A stretch of DNA of 64,000 nt from a bacterium (GTDB taxonomy: Bacteria > SM23-31). A model generated the notes under the pieces. The model was given only the letters and a program-made list of their open reading frames with translations. It did no database searches and was not told the origin of the DNA. The stretch is from positions 1,120,001 through 1,184,000 of the forward strand of contig OZ252239.1 of assembly GCA_965249485.1 (NCBI GenBank). Reading direction: 5' to 3'. The position numbers and the translations under genes were made by a program. Shown here in pieces: positions 11,047-21,229 of this stretch (position 1 is the first letter of the stretch; each line of letters begins with the position of its first letter).

Positions 11047-11140
11047 AAAGATCTCCTTAATTCTATGAATTATTCGATTCAGATGGAATGATGCTTGTAC
11101 GATACGGAGGAGGACACATAATATGTGTCATAGAACTCCA

Positions 11141-11169
11141 AATATACGGAATGGTGCTGCGTATGTCAA
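11141..11169 (-). promoter_or_regulatory. Sigma70 promoter of the amidohydrolase gene
   Basis: TTGACA-N17-TATATT on the minus strand. Confidence 0.7.
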
Positions 11170-11354
11170 GGGAGAAGAGATTGAAGAATAGTAGGAGATA
11201 TAGGTGCGTGACTTCCAGCGATGCGGGACCACAGTACCTGAATTTGCATTATCCGGAATTTCTTCCCACGCAAGATACAGAGATTCGTCTTCGTCATTGC
11301 CAGTCAACCATATAATAATCGGATGTCCGTTAATAATTGATCAATTCCATGATT

Positions 11355-12065
11355 CTACACATAGGGGAGAGGATCGGAGACTCCAGCATTTTTGAAAGCA
11401 CGAAGGCGGAGTACACAGCTTTCACATTTACCGCACGCTTTTGTTGTGTTCTGGTAGCAAGACCAGGTGAGGTGGAGAGGGGCGTCGAGTTCAATGCCCT
11501 TCAGGATTATATCCTTTTTCTTTAAGTTGATGACAGGTGTGATGATGCGGATGGATGTTTCTGGTCTTGTCCCGGATTCGATTAAGGCTTCAAAGTTGTC
11601 ATAAAATTCTCTCCGGCAGTCAGGGTATCCCGAGCTGTCTTCCGATACTGCTCCGACAAAAAGCGCAGAAGCACCAGTCAGCTCAGCCCATGAAACTGCT
11701 CCGGCAAGAAAATGAGCATTACGGAATGGGACATAGGATGTTGGAATATCAGGGTGATCCGGATCAGCTTCAGATACCGGAATTGAAGGATCGGTCAGGC
11801 TCGAACCGCCGACCTGCTGAAGTGCAGGAATTCTACAGACAAATTTGTCGGAAATACCGTAATGGTCGGTGATCTCATTGAACGCCCGAAGCTCGCGTTC
11901 CTCTGTCCGCTGCCCATAAAGCGCATGGTATGCTGCAACCGTATAGTCCCGGCAGGCAAGTGCCAGAGTAACAAGGCTGTCCATACCACCGCTGACAAGT
12001 GCAATAGCGTGAGGTGTTGTATTCACTGCCTCAGTATTAACCGTGAAAAGTTGTAGGGAGTACAT
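11355..12065 (-). CDS. queC: 7-cyano-7-deazaguanine synthase
   Basis: SGGMDS, YVPFRN, GYPDCR and TWSCY...CGKCESC motifs. The start could instead be the downstream GTG. Confidence 0.95.
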   Translation of the reverse strand: MYSLQLFTVNTEAVNTTPHAIALVSGGMDSLVTLALACRDYTVAAYHALYGQRTEERELRAFNEITDHYGISDKFVCRIPALQQVGGSSLTDPSIPVSEADPDHPDIPTSYVPFRNAHFLAGAVSWAELTGASALFVGAVSEDSSGYPDCRREFYDNFEALIESGTRPETSIRIITPVINLKKKDIILKGIELDAPLHLTWSCYQNTTKACGKCESCVLRLRAFKNAGVSDPLPYV

Positions 12066-12257
12066 GCCTTACCACTCCTGAAAATAACCATATTATTATC
12101 AGTAAGTGGGGTATAACGCGGTCGTGTTTATTACTATACACGAAACGACCGATATCTCAAAGTATTCGGCTTTAAAAAAGTTTAGCAGGCTTCAGCCGAT
12201 ATCATCGGCTATTCACAAGAATACTAAGCAGAGTGGTACTACATATAAAAACCGAAT

Positions 12258-12488
12258 CTATTCAATGATTTCCAGAACCATTTTTTTACCGCCTTTGGCA
12301 CCAACAGCACTCAACAGAATTCTGAGGGCTTCGGCAGTTCTTCCGCTCTTTCCTATGACCAGTCCAACTTCTTTTTTTGCAACTTTGAGTTTCATGATGT
12401 TCACACCATCACCTATAACTTCTGAGACCTCAACTTCTTCCGGAGTATCCACCAGATTTTTAGCTAATGTCTCTAAGAACTCTTTCAT
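12258..12488 (-). CDS. khpA: KH-domain RNA-binding protein
   Basis: LVDTPEEV...VIGKSGRTAEALRILL, 76 aa; RBS AAGGA. Confidence 0.9.
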   Translation of the reverse strand: MKEFLETLAKNLVDTPEEVEVSEVIGDGVNIMKLKVAKKEVGLVIGKSGRTAEALRILLSAVGAKGGKKMVLEIIE

Positions 12489-12636
12489 TGCATTCCTTTC
12501 GTAAGGTTCTCAACACAACACTAAAACGTTAATTAAATGAAATGATCAAAAAATGAAGAATTTCTGCAATACGCGAAGAGTTTTTGAGACTAATCATACT
12601 TGTGTACAGACAATTGGCTGGATGTGTCTGCAATAG

Positions 12637-12709
12637 TGAGAGCGGAAGGAATCGAACCTTCGACCCACGGCTTAAAAGGCCGTTGCTCTACCAACTGAGC
12701 TACGCTCCC
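12637..12709 (-). tRNA. tRNA-Lys(UUU), CCA not encoded
   Basis: GGGAGCGTAGCTCAGTTGGTAGAGCAACGGCCTTTTAAGCCGTGGGTCGAAGGTTCGATTCCTTCCGCTCTCA forms a cloverleaf with anticodon TTT. Confidence 0.97.
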
Positions 12710-12759
12710 GGTCGAGGGCGTGTAATATACCAATAATTTATTTTAAATCAACTCTTAAA

Positions 12760-14052
<1,293 letters not shown>

Positions 14053-14099
14053 TTATATAAAACATCCAATTAATAATCAAAATGATCTATTTTTGTGCC

Positions 14100-14126
14100 A
14101 AAAAAAATCCGGTCGATATGACCGGA
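14100..14126 (-). terminator. Intrinsic terminator inside the purA 5' leader
   Basis: TCCGGTC-ATATC-GACCGGA followed by T8 on the minus strand, ~65 nt before the purA ATG. Confidence 0.75.
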
Positions 14127-14175
14127 ACTGCGGAGGATTTGCGAATGGCATTTGACACCTTCGTTGCTATGTGAA

Positions 14176-14204
14176 AATATAGTGAACAGGTACTGTTTTG
14201 TCAA
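14176..14204 (-). promoter_or_regulatory. Sigma70 promoter upstream of purA
   Basis: TTGACA-N17-TATATT. Confidence 0.75.
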
Positions 14205-14392
14205 GTTAATTTTATTAGTCAGCATTTAGAAATTCACCCGTTTTACAGATTCTGAAATTTTGGTGCAGTAGCAGGGGAGAACGGCAGATAAAATTTTTGA
14301 TTTTTTTTGTTACACCTTCTGTCCTTCTTGCTTTTTACCTGCCAGTACAATATATTTTATCAAACATATCTCTTGAATTTACAGGAGTACTT

Positions 14393-15049
14393 ATGAGCGC
14401 AAACAGTATTACTCTCATTCGAATCATGTTGTCGGTTGTTGTTGTCGTGATGTTCGGTATGAATTACGCATGGAGAATGGCGGCTGTGGTCCTGACGCTT
14501 ATTGTGTTCTATATGGATTCTCTCGACGGATATGTTGCCAGGAAACTCGGAGTTGCAAGCGACTTTGGAGCGTTGTTCGACATTACCGGCGATCGAATCG
14601 TTGAACATGTGTATTGGATATTTTTTACCGAGGTCGGTCTTGTATCAGTCTGGGTTCCGATTATCTTTATTGCGCGGAGCTTTCTTGTCGACACAATCAG
14701 AAATGTGGCATTTAGCAAAGAAGGCAAAACACCGTTCGGAGAGAAATCGATGATGCGTTCATCATTGACGCGCTATCTGACTTCGTCCCGGAGTATGCGC
14801 GGACTCTATGGATTTCTAAAAGTGTTTGTGTTTATGCTGTTAGGTGGCATTCTCATCTTAGAGACCAATCACCCATGGATTGTACGATGGACTTCACCTG
14901 AATTTCCGCACAACCTGACTGTGTTCACACATTGGATAGTCTGGATTACTGTTGCAATGAATCTCTTACGCGGTCTGCCGGTCATCTGGGACGGAAAATA
15001 TTATCTGTTTACCCGTGAATATCCACGTCAATTAAAGGATGCACATTAG
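14393..15049 (+). CDS. CDP-alcohol phosphatidyltransferase (PgsA-like)
   Basis: DSLDGYVAR...FGALFDITGDR signature; RBS AGGAG before the ATG at 14393. Confidence 0.88.
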   Translation: MSANSITLIRIMLSVVVVVMFGMNYAWRMAAVVLTLIVFYMDSLDGYVARKLGVASDFGALFDITGDRIVEHVYWIFFTEVGLVSVWVPIIFIARSFLVDTIRNVAFSKEGKTPFGEKSMMRSSLTRYLTSSRSMRGLYGFLKVFVFMLLGGILILETNHPWIVRWTSPEFPHNLTVFTHWIVWITVAMNLLRGLPVIWDGKYYLFTREYPRQLKDAH

Positions 15050-15052
15050 ACA

Positions 15053-15706
15053 ATGGCACGCTGGGCTGTTTTTGACATAGACGGAACGCTGCTTCCGGGC
15101 GCGTCGATTGAGTCGCGCTTTCTCACAAATTTTCGGAAGTTGCACCATATTCCCTACCGAAACCTCATCATCTATTTTCTGAAAGCGATGATCGATACGG
15201 TACAGGGCAAAGGGGGTGATGCATTTAAAAGCAATAAGATGTACCTGAAAGGCATTCCCTCAAAAAATGTAACAGAGTTTGCCGGAGAATTTTTTAAACA
15301 GAATATTATTCCTCTCCTTTCAAAGGAAGGAATAACTGCCATTGAAGCGTACCGGGCACAGGGATACAAAATAATGCTGATGAGCGGATCGTTAGATATT
15401 CTTGTTGAAAATCTGCGCGATGTGTGCCGCCCCGATCACATAGTGTGTTCTAAACTTGCAATCGAAAATGACAGGTTCACAGGAACTATACAGGGACTCC
15501 ACCCCTATGCAATGCGGAAGAAACAGATTCTTGAAGAGCTGGCAGGGCCACTTGAAATAGATTTTCAGCGGTCGATAGTTTTTGCAAATGACTCCACTGA
15601 TATGCATCACATGGAACTGTTTGGTGAAATTGTAGCGGTTAATCCGGCTCAGGAGCTTGCCGACACTGCCCGGCAAAAAGGGTGGAAAATTATGAAATGG
15701 AATTGA
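15053..15706 (+). CDS. HAD-IB family phosphatase (PgpC/SerB-like)
   Basis: FDIDGTL, LMSGS, ANDSTD and AVNP motifs. Confidence 0.85.
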   Translation: MARWAVFDIDGTLLPGASIESRFLTNFRKLHHIPYRNLIIYFLKAMIDTVQGKGGDAFKSNKMYLKGIPSKNVTEFAGEFFKQNIIPLLSKEGITAIEAYRAQGYKIMLMSGSLDILVENLRDVCRPDHIVCSKLAIENDRFTGTIQGLHPYAMRKKQILEELAGPLEIDFQRSIVFANDSTDMHHMELFGEIVAVNPAQELADTARQKGWKIMKWN

Positions 15707-15716
15707 AAAGAAGCAG

Positions 15717-15887
15717 TTAAACAAATAAGTCGATTACTTGTCCGAGGATTCCCTGAGAATCAGCCTGGAGCTTTGCCGAAGTATTGAGTTCAGCGATGTC
15801 TTCCCGAAGTTGCGAATCCTGCTGTTGCGCCTGATTGAGAATCGAAAAAAGGGTATGACTATTGTGATTGATTGCTTGAGTATTCAT
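15717..15887 (-). CDS. Small YjfB-like putative motility protein (56 aa)
   Basis: Gln-rich helix ending LGQVIDLFV; AAGGA upstream; sigma28 promoter upstream. Confidence 0.5.
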   Translation of the reverse strand: MNTQAINHNSHTLFSILNQAQQQDSQLREDIAELNTSAKLQADSQGILGQVIDLFV

Positions 15888-15940
15888 GCGCGGAATCTTT
15901 CCTTGATGGTATTGATAGTTCGAGTTTCCTTTCATTCTAA

Positions 15941-15967
15941 TCATCGGCACCAATTGCCGATTCTTTA
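15941..15967 (-). promoter_or_regulatory. Sigma28 (FliA/SigD) promoter
   Basis: TAAA-N15-GCCGATGA versus consensus TAAA-N15-GCCGATAA. Confidence 0.7.
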
Positions 15968-16148
15968 ACTGATCAATTGGACAGAATATAGTATAGTATT
16001 GTATAAAAAGTGTTTCGTAATAGTACAGGGTGTTACAAAATGGTGTGCCATTTTGTGATTGCAAATGTAACTGTACTTCCGTACTTTTAATTACTAATAC
16101 CGTCCGTTTTTTGTGCACAGCAAACCTTAAAGAGAACTTCGACTCCCC

Positions 16149-16691
16149 GTGAAACATAAAAAAGACACAGGGCTGATACTCGTCTATACCGGCAACGGTA
16201 AAGGGAAAACAACCGCAGCACTCGGCACCACAATCAGGGCAATAGGGTACGGCTGGAAAACATATATTCTGCAGTTCGTAAAAGGGAGCTGGCATTACGG
16301 CGAAATGGACGGAATAAAAGCGCTCGAACCGAATGTTGTTATGGAGCAGATGGGCAGGGGTTTTTACAAAATTCTCGACGACAACCTGCCTGAGGAAGAG
16401 CACAAAAAGGCCGCTCGTGCAGCCTTGAAACATGCTCGAGATGTCATGCAATCCGGCGATTATCAACTTGTTATTCTGGACGAATTGAACAATGCCGTCG
16501 ATCTCGACTTACTGCAAATAGAAGATGTAATAGCACTCCTCAAAGATAAGCCCGGTAAACTCAATGTTATTGTTACTGGCCGGAATGCGAAACCTGAATT
16601 AATAGAAATCGCCGATCTTGTTACGGAAATGAAGGAAATTAAACACCCGTTTCAGCAGGGATTAAAAGCCCGAAAAGGGATAGACTATTAA
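16149..16691 (+). CDS. cobO: Cob(I)alamin adenosyltransferase (CobO/BtuR type)
   Basis: YTGNGKGKTTAA, ILDE, TGR and KHPF...GIDY motifs. Confidence 0.93.
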   Translation: MKHKKDTGLILVYTGNGKGKTTAALGTTIRAIGYGWKTYILQFVKGSWHYGEMDGIKALEPNVVMEQMGRGFYKILDDNLPEEEHKKAARAALKHARDVMQSGDYQLVILDELNNAVDLDLLQIEDVIALLKDKPGKLNVIVTGRNAKPELIEIADLVTEMKEIKHPFQQGLKARKGIDY

Positions 16692-16823
16692 CATCCTGTC
16701 ACATGGAAAAGAGGCCAGTTTGGGTCATGAAATATGTGTCTTAAAATGTTTGTATTTTATTTGGTACAGGATTTGCATTACTAGTAAGCGGGTGAATATG
16801 CTCGCAGCAAAGGATGCGGAATT

Positions 16824-17867
16824 GTGTCCAATAAAACGCAAGATGCCCGGATTTCTACAGGAATTGTCGGTGCCGGCGGTTGGGGAAAGAACCTTATCAG
16901 GACATTTTCTTCGCTGTCCCGCGCAAATCTAACGTATGTGTGCGATCTCAGTGAAGAGCGGCGTGAGACTGTTCGCCAGGGTTATCCGAACGTTTCAGTT
17001 ACGGATAATTTTGAAACTATCTTACATGACGATTCTGTTCAGGCTGTTGTCATAGCGACTCCGGCCGATACCCATTTTCAGTTTATACAACAATCGCTCG
17101 AAACGAACCGTCTCCATGTTTACACCGAAAAACCGCTTGCGCTGAGCACCAAAGAAGCGGAAAAACTTGTAGCAGCAGCACAAAAATCGGAATCAATTCT
17201 CATGGTGGGGCATCTGCTTTTGTACCACCCGGCTGTGAGGAAATTAAAGCAATTAATCGACAGCGGTGAACTCGGTGAAATTTACTGCATCTATGCGAAC
17301 CGTCTGAACCTCGGTGCGATCAGGAAAGTCGAAAATGCCTGGTGGAGTCTTACCCCGCACGATATATCGATATTGAATTACCTTCTGGACAGTGCACCGG
17401 AATCTGTTTCCGCACAGGGACAGTGCTTTATTCAGGAGGGCGTTGCCGATGTCGTTTTTGCGACGCTGAATTATCCGAACAACGCAATTGCCAATGTGCA
17501 TGTGAGTTGGCTCGATCCCCATAAAATGCGGAAAGTGACTATTGTCGGCAGTAAAAAAATGGTTATATTCGATGGTATGGAAGCAGTTGAAAAGGTAAAG
17601 ATTTACGACAAAAGCGTTGTGCCGCCAGACGTAAGCGACCCGGTCGTTTCGTATGACGATTTCTTTAGTACCCGTTCAGGAGATGTCTATATTCCGAGGA
17701 TCGATATGCACGAACCGCTCAAACTTGAGTGCGACCATTTCCTCGATTCTATCATAAACAGCACACAACCGCTGTCTGACGGCCGGAACGGCCTCGATGT
17801 CGTGAAAGTCCTGAGTGCCGGGGAAGAGTCGATGCAGTCACAGGGCAACCCGGTAATGCTAACATAA
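16824..17867 (+). CDS. Gfo/Idh/MocA oxidoreductase (WlbA-like nucleotide-sugar dehydrogenase)
   Basis: GAGGWG, EKP, MVGHLLLYHPA, PHDIS and SWLDPHK motifs. Confidence 0.88.
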   Translation: MSNKTQDARISTGIVGAGGWGKNLIRTFSSLSRANLTYVCDLSEERRETVRQGYPNVSVTDNFETILHDDSVQAVVIATPADTHFQFIQQSLETNRLHVYTEKPLALSTKEAEKLVAAAQKSESILMVGHLLLYHPAVRKLKQLIDSGELGEIYCIYANRLNLGAIRKVENAWWSLTPHDISILNYLLDSAPESVSAQGQCFIQEGVADVVFATLNYPNNAIANVHVSWLDPHKMRKVTIVGSKKMVIFDGMEAVEKVKIYDKSVVPPDVSDPVVSYDDFFSTRSGDVYIPRIDMHEPLKLECDHFLDSIINSTQPLSDGRNGLDVVKVLSAGEESMQSQGNPVMLT

Positions 17868-17896
17868 ATATTATTTGAGATACTATAATTACACAT

Positions 17897-17940
17897 AGAT
17901 TGCAACGCTGGCCTCACATGAGGCTGCGCTCGCAATGACG
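17897..17940. repeat. Degenerate REP-like palindromic element
   Basis: AGATTGC...GCCTCA-CA-TGAGGC...CTCGCAATGACG; a related inverted half TGTCGTTGCGAGC lies at 7128-7140. Confidence 0.45.
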
Positions 17941-18083
17941 TTTTTAAGTTTTTAGTCTTTAGTGAGGAGTATCGAATCTTTAGTGCGACTCCAACGTACG
18001 TTTGTAGCATTTTCACACTATAACACTGATAATTTTAAAAGGCTCCTGACCTAATTGGCTTTCCGGTCAGATACACTCATTGT

Positions 18084-20783
18084 ATGGCACAGAGTTTCTA
18101 TATTATTGACGGAACGGCGCTGGCTTACCGCTCATTCTTTGCGTTTATCCGGAATCCTCTCATCTCAGCGAAAGGCGAAAACACATCCGCTGCATTCGGA
18201 TTTGCATCCTCGCTCATGCGGCTGATTAAGGAAGAGAAGCCTGATTATCTTGTTGTGACCTTTGACAGCAAGGAGCCGACTTTCCGGCACGAGATGTACG
18301 ATGCGTACAAAGCAACGCGTGAAAAAATGCCCGACGATATGGTCGATTCGCTGCCACGTATCGATCAGGTGGTCGAGGCACTCAGAATAGCCTCATGCAG
18401 TGCGCCCGGCTATGAAGCTGATGACATTATGGGAACATTTGCCCAAAAAGGATACGAAGCCGGACTTGATGTGTTTCTCGTTACCGGTGATAAAGATCTT
18501 ATGCAGCTCGTGAACGACAAAATATCATGGTTTAATCTCAAGAAAACAGAGCAGGAGAATGAAATCCTCGATCCGGACGGCGTCAAAAATAAATTTGGTG
18601 TCCTGCCCGGACAGGTTATCGATGTCCTCGGATTGATGGGTGATTCATCCGACAATGTGCCGGGTGTGCCCGGTGTCGGCCCGAAAACGGCTGTGAAACT
18701 TATTGAAGAATTCAGTTCGATGGAAGGTGTCTACGAAAATATCGACTCGATCCCTAAAGCGGGACTAAAGGATAAGCTCCGCGAACATAAAGATCTGGCA
18801 ATCCTTTCTAAAAAGCTGGTAACGATCGACCGGAATATTCCCGTTGACTTTGATCTCGAATCGTTTGTCCTCCGGGAACCCGATGTCGAGAAAGCCGTAC
18901 CGCTTTTCAGGGAGCTCGAGTTTACCTCGCTCGTTGAGCAATTAGCCCCGGTTGCCAAAGCTCCGCCAAAAGCACGGAACTACATATCTGTGACCACATC
19001 AGCAGCGTTTGACAAACTGGTCGAAAATCTTTCGAAGAACAATTTTGTATTCGATCTTGAGACAACCGGACTCGATGCGGTAACCGCCGAGGTTGTGGGA
19101 TTTTCCTTTTCGTGGGTAGAAACGGAGGCGTATTATCTGCCGGTAGCTGCTCCCGAAATCGACCTGCCGTTTACACGTGATGAGGTCATCCGGAAGCTCA
19201 CCCCGATTTTTGAAGACGAATCGGTGAAAAAGTGTGCTCACAATGCCAAATACGACATCATGGTACTCGTTAAGTACGGTATCGATGTCGATGGCCTTGC
19301 ATTCGACACAATGATTGCCGGATTTCTGCTTGATCCGGACAAACGTCAGTATGGTCTCGATGCAATGAGTCAGGAGTTCCTGGACGTTACCAAAATTCCG
19401 ACATCCGAATTGATCGGTAAAGGAAAAGACCAGATCAGTATGCTGGAGGTGCCACTTGAGCAGATCGCGGATTATGCCTGTGAAGATGCCGACTGTACGT
19501 TTCAGCTCTGGAAACACCTCGAACCGGTTATGCAGGAAAAAGGGTTGGTAAAACTTTTTGACGAGATCGAAATACCCCTTATCCCGGTACTTGTTGCTAT
19601 GGAACTTGAAGGAATAACGATTGACGTTCCGTTCCTTTCCGAACTCTCGACGAGCATGCATGAAATGATGGAGCAGCTCACGAAAGAGATTTATGACGAC
19701 GCGGGGGAAGAGTTTAACATCGGTTCGCCGCAGCAGCTTGGAAAAATTCTCTTTGAAAAACTTGAAATCCAGAAAGAGCTTGGTATAAAACGGGTTAAAA
19801 AAACGAAAATAGGTTACTCGACCGATGTGTCGGTACTCGAGCAGTATCAGGGCCACCCGCTTGTCCGGCGGATTCTCGATTACCGGCAGCATGCAAAGCT
19901 TCTCTCGACCTATATCGACGCACTTCCGAAGCTGATCAATGAAACGACCGGCAGAATCCACACATCGTTCAATCAGACGGTCGCAGCAACAGGGCGGCTC
20001 TCTTCGATGAGCCCGAATCTCCAGAATATTCCCATAAGAACGGCGATGGGCCGGGAGATCAGGAAAGCGTTCGTTCCGAAAGATACATCGTGGCACATGC
20101 TTTCGGCAGACTATTCACAGATCGAACTCCGCCTTATGGCGCACCTCTCCGGGGATGAGAATATGCAGCAGGCGTTCGTGAACGGAGAAGATATCCATAC
20201 GAGAACGGCGGCGCTCGTTTTTGGTGTTGCGGACACAGAGATCGAGCCCGAAATGCGCTACAGGGCAAAAGCGATCAATTTTGGTATTCTTTACGGTATG
20301 AGTTCTTACCGGCTCGCACGGGAGTTGAGCATTTCTTTCGATGAAGCGCAGGAGTTTATCACATCGTACTTTTCCTATTTTCCCGAGGTGAACTCGTTCA
20401 TTCAGAACACCATTGGCCGTGCCTTTACCGACGGGTATGTTGCGACGATGTTCGGACGTAAGCGGTATCTCCCGGAACTGCACAGCGACAATCAGCGCAT
20501 CCGGCAAAACGCGCAGAACATTGCGATCAACACCCCGTTACAGGGGACAGCAGCGGAAATAATTAAACGGGCGATGATCAGTGTTGACGAATCGCTGAAA
20601 AAAGAAAAACTAAAGGCACGTATGCTGCTCCAGATTCATGACGAACTGGTTTTCGAAGCGCCGCAGGAAGAACTGCCGGAATTGGAGAAACTGGTCAGGA
20701 CTTGCATGGAAAAAACGGTCGATCTGTCTGTCCCGCTCGACGTCGACATCCACACTGGTGCCAACTGGTACGAAGCGCATTGA
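18084..20783 (+). CDS. polA: DNA polymerase I
   Basis: 5'-3' exonuclease (GYEADD, GDSSDN), 3'-5' exonuclease FDLETTG, polymerase motifs ADYSQIELR, KAINFGILYG and QIHDE. Confidence 0.99.
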   Translation: MAQSFYIIDGTALAYRSFFAFIRNPLISAKGENTSAAFGFASSLMRLIKEEKPDYLVVTFDSKEPTFRHEMYDAYKATREKMPDDMVDSLPRIDQVVEALRIASCSAPGYEADDIMGTFAQKGYEAGLDVFLVTGDKDLMQLVNDKISWFNLKKTEQENEILDPDGVKNKFGVLPGQVIDVLGLMGDSSDNVPGVPGVGPKTAVKLIEEFSSMEGVYENIDSIPKAGLKDKLREHKDLAILSKKLVTIDRNIPVDFDLESFVLREPDVEKAVPLFRELEFTSLVEQLAPVAKAPPKARNYISVTTSAAFDKLVENLSKNNFVFDLETTGLDAVTAEVVGFSFSWVETEAYYLPVAAPEIDLPFTRDEVIRKLTPIFEDESVKKCAHNAKYDIMVLVKYGIDVDGLAFDTMIAGFLLDPDKRQYGLDAMSQEFLDVTKIPTSELIGKGKDQISMLEVPLEQIADYACEDADCTFQLWKHLEPVMQEKGLVKLFDEIEIPLIPVLVAMELEGITIDVPFLSELSTSMHEMMEQLTKEIYDDAGEEFNIGSPQQLGKILFEKLEIQKELGIKRVKKTKIGYSTDVSVLEQYQGHPLVRRILDYRQHAKLLSTYIDALPKLINETTGRIHTSFNQTVAATGRLSSMSPNLQNIPIRTAMGREIRKAFVPKDTSWHMLSADYSQIELRLMAHLSGDENMQQAFVNGEDIHTRTAALVFGVADTEIEPEMRYRAKAINFGILYGMSSYRLARELSISFDEAQEFITSYFSYFPEVNSFIQNTIGRAFTDGYVATMFGRKRYLPELHSDNQRIRQNAQNIAINTPLQGTAAEIIKRAMISVDESLKKEKLKARMLLQIHDELVFEAPQEELPELEKLVRTCMEKTVDLSVPLDVDIHTGANWYEAH

Positions 20784-21015
20784 GTACGTCAATGATGAAT
20801 TGTAGTTTTAATAATTAAAACAGAAAAGAATAGAACAACACGAGGTCTAAAATTTGCCTGACTAATGGCCTATAAAAATGTAATTTATACTATACGCATA
20901 AGTCTTGAAATAATACCATTAGGTATTACCTCTTCTTGCGTAAGTGAAAAGAAATTCAAACAGCTCTGCCTCTCAAGCATTCTTTTATTCTCCGACACGA
21001 AAGAGTATCAAAAAC

Positions 21016-21031
21016 TGTGACATAGATCACA
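21016..21031. promoter_or_regulatory. CRP-family binding site 1
   Basis: aaacTGTGA-cataga-TCACAatt; perfect core. Confidence 0.75.
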
Positions 21032-21054
21032 ATTACCGGAGAAAAGTCTCTCAA

Positions 21055-21070
21055 TGTGATAAGGCTCACT
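21055..21070. promoter_or_regulatory. CRP-family binding site 2
   Basis: aaTGTGA-taaggc-TCACT, 39 bp from site 1 and just upstream of TATATT (21092-21097). Confidence 0.65.
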
Positions 21071-21229
21071 ACATCGATTGAATAAAATCGTTATATTGCC
21101 GATGCATCTCTGAAGTGTATCATGAATTAATTGTATCAAAACCATTTATGATATGTGTCTTAAATGCAGTGTTAAGGTTCATTATGACAAACAATCAGCT
21201 TTCGAACATATAAATTCCTGGAGCAAACC

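Noticed and set aside
11170..11340. Possible gene remnant (IIIWLTGNDEDESLYLAWEEIP on the minus strand)
   Set aside because: No convincing start or RBS and no recognisable family.
12066..12257. PreQ1 riboswitch upstream of queC
   Set aside because: No preQ1-I stem-loop with an A-rich tail on the coding (minus) strand.
14085..14100. Sigma54 promoters (TGGCAC here and at ~16045)
   Set aside because: The -12 TTGC element is absent or mis-spaced in both.
15888..16466. N-terminal part of the 249 aa minus-strand ORF
   Set aside because: It is antisense to cobO and runs through promoter DNA; only the last 56 codons look real.
18999..20096. 365 aa antisense ORF in polA, and the other short overlapping ORFs in the track
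   Set aside because: Shadow frames of well-supported genes, with no motifs or RBS.
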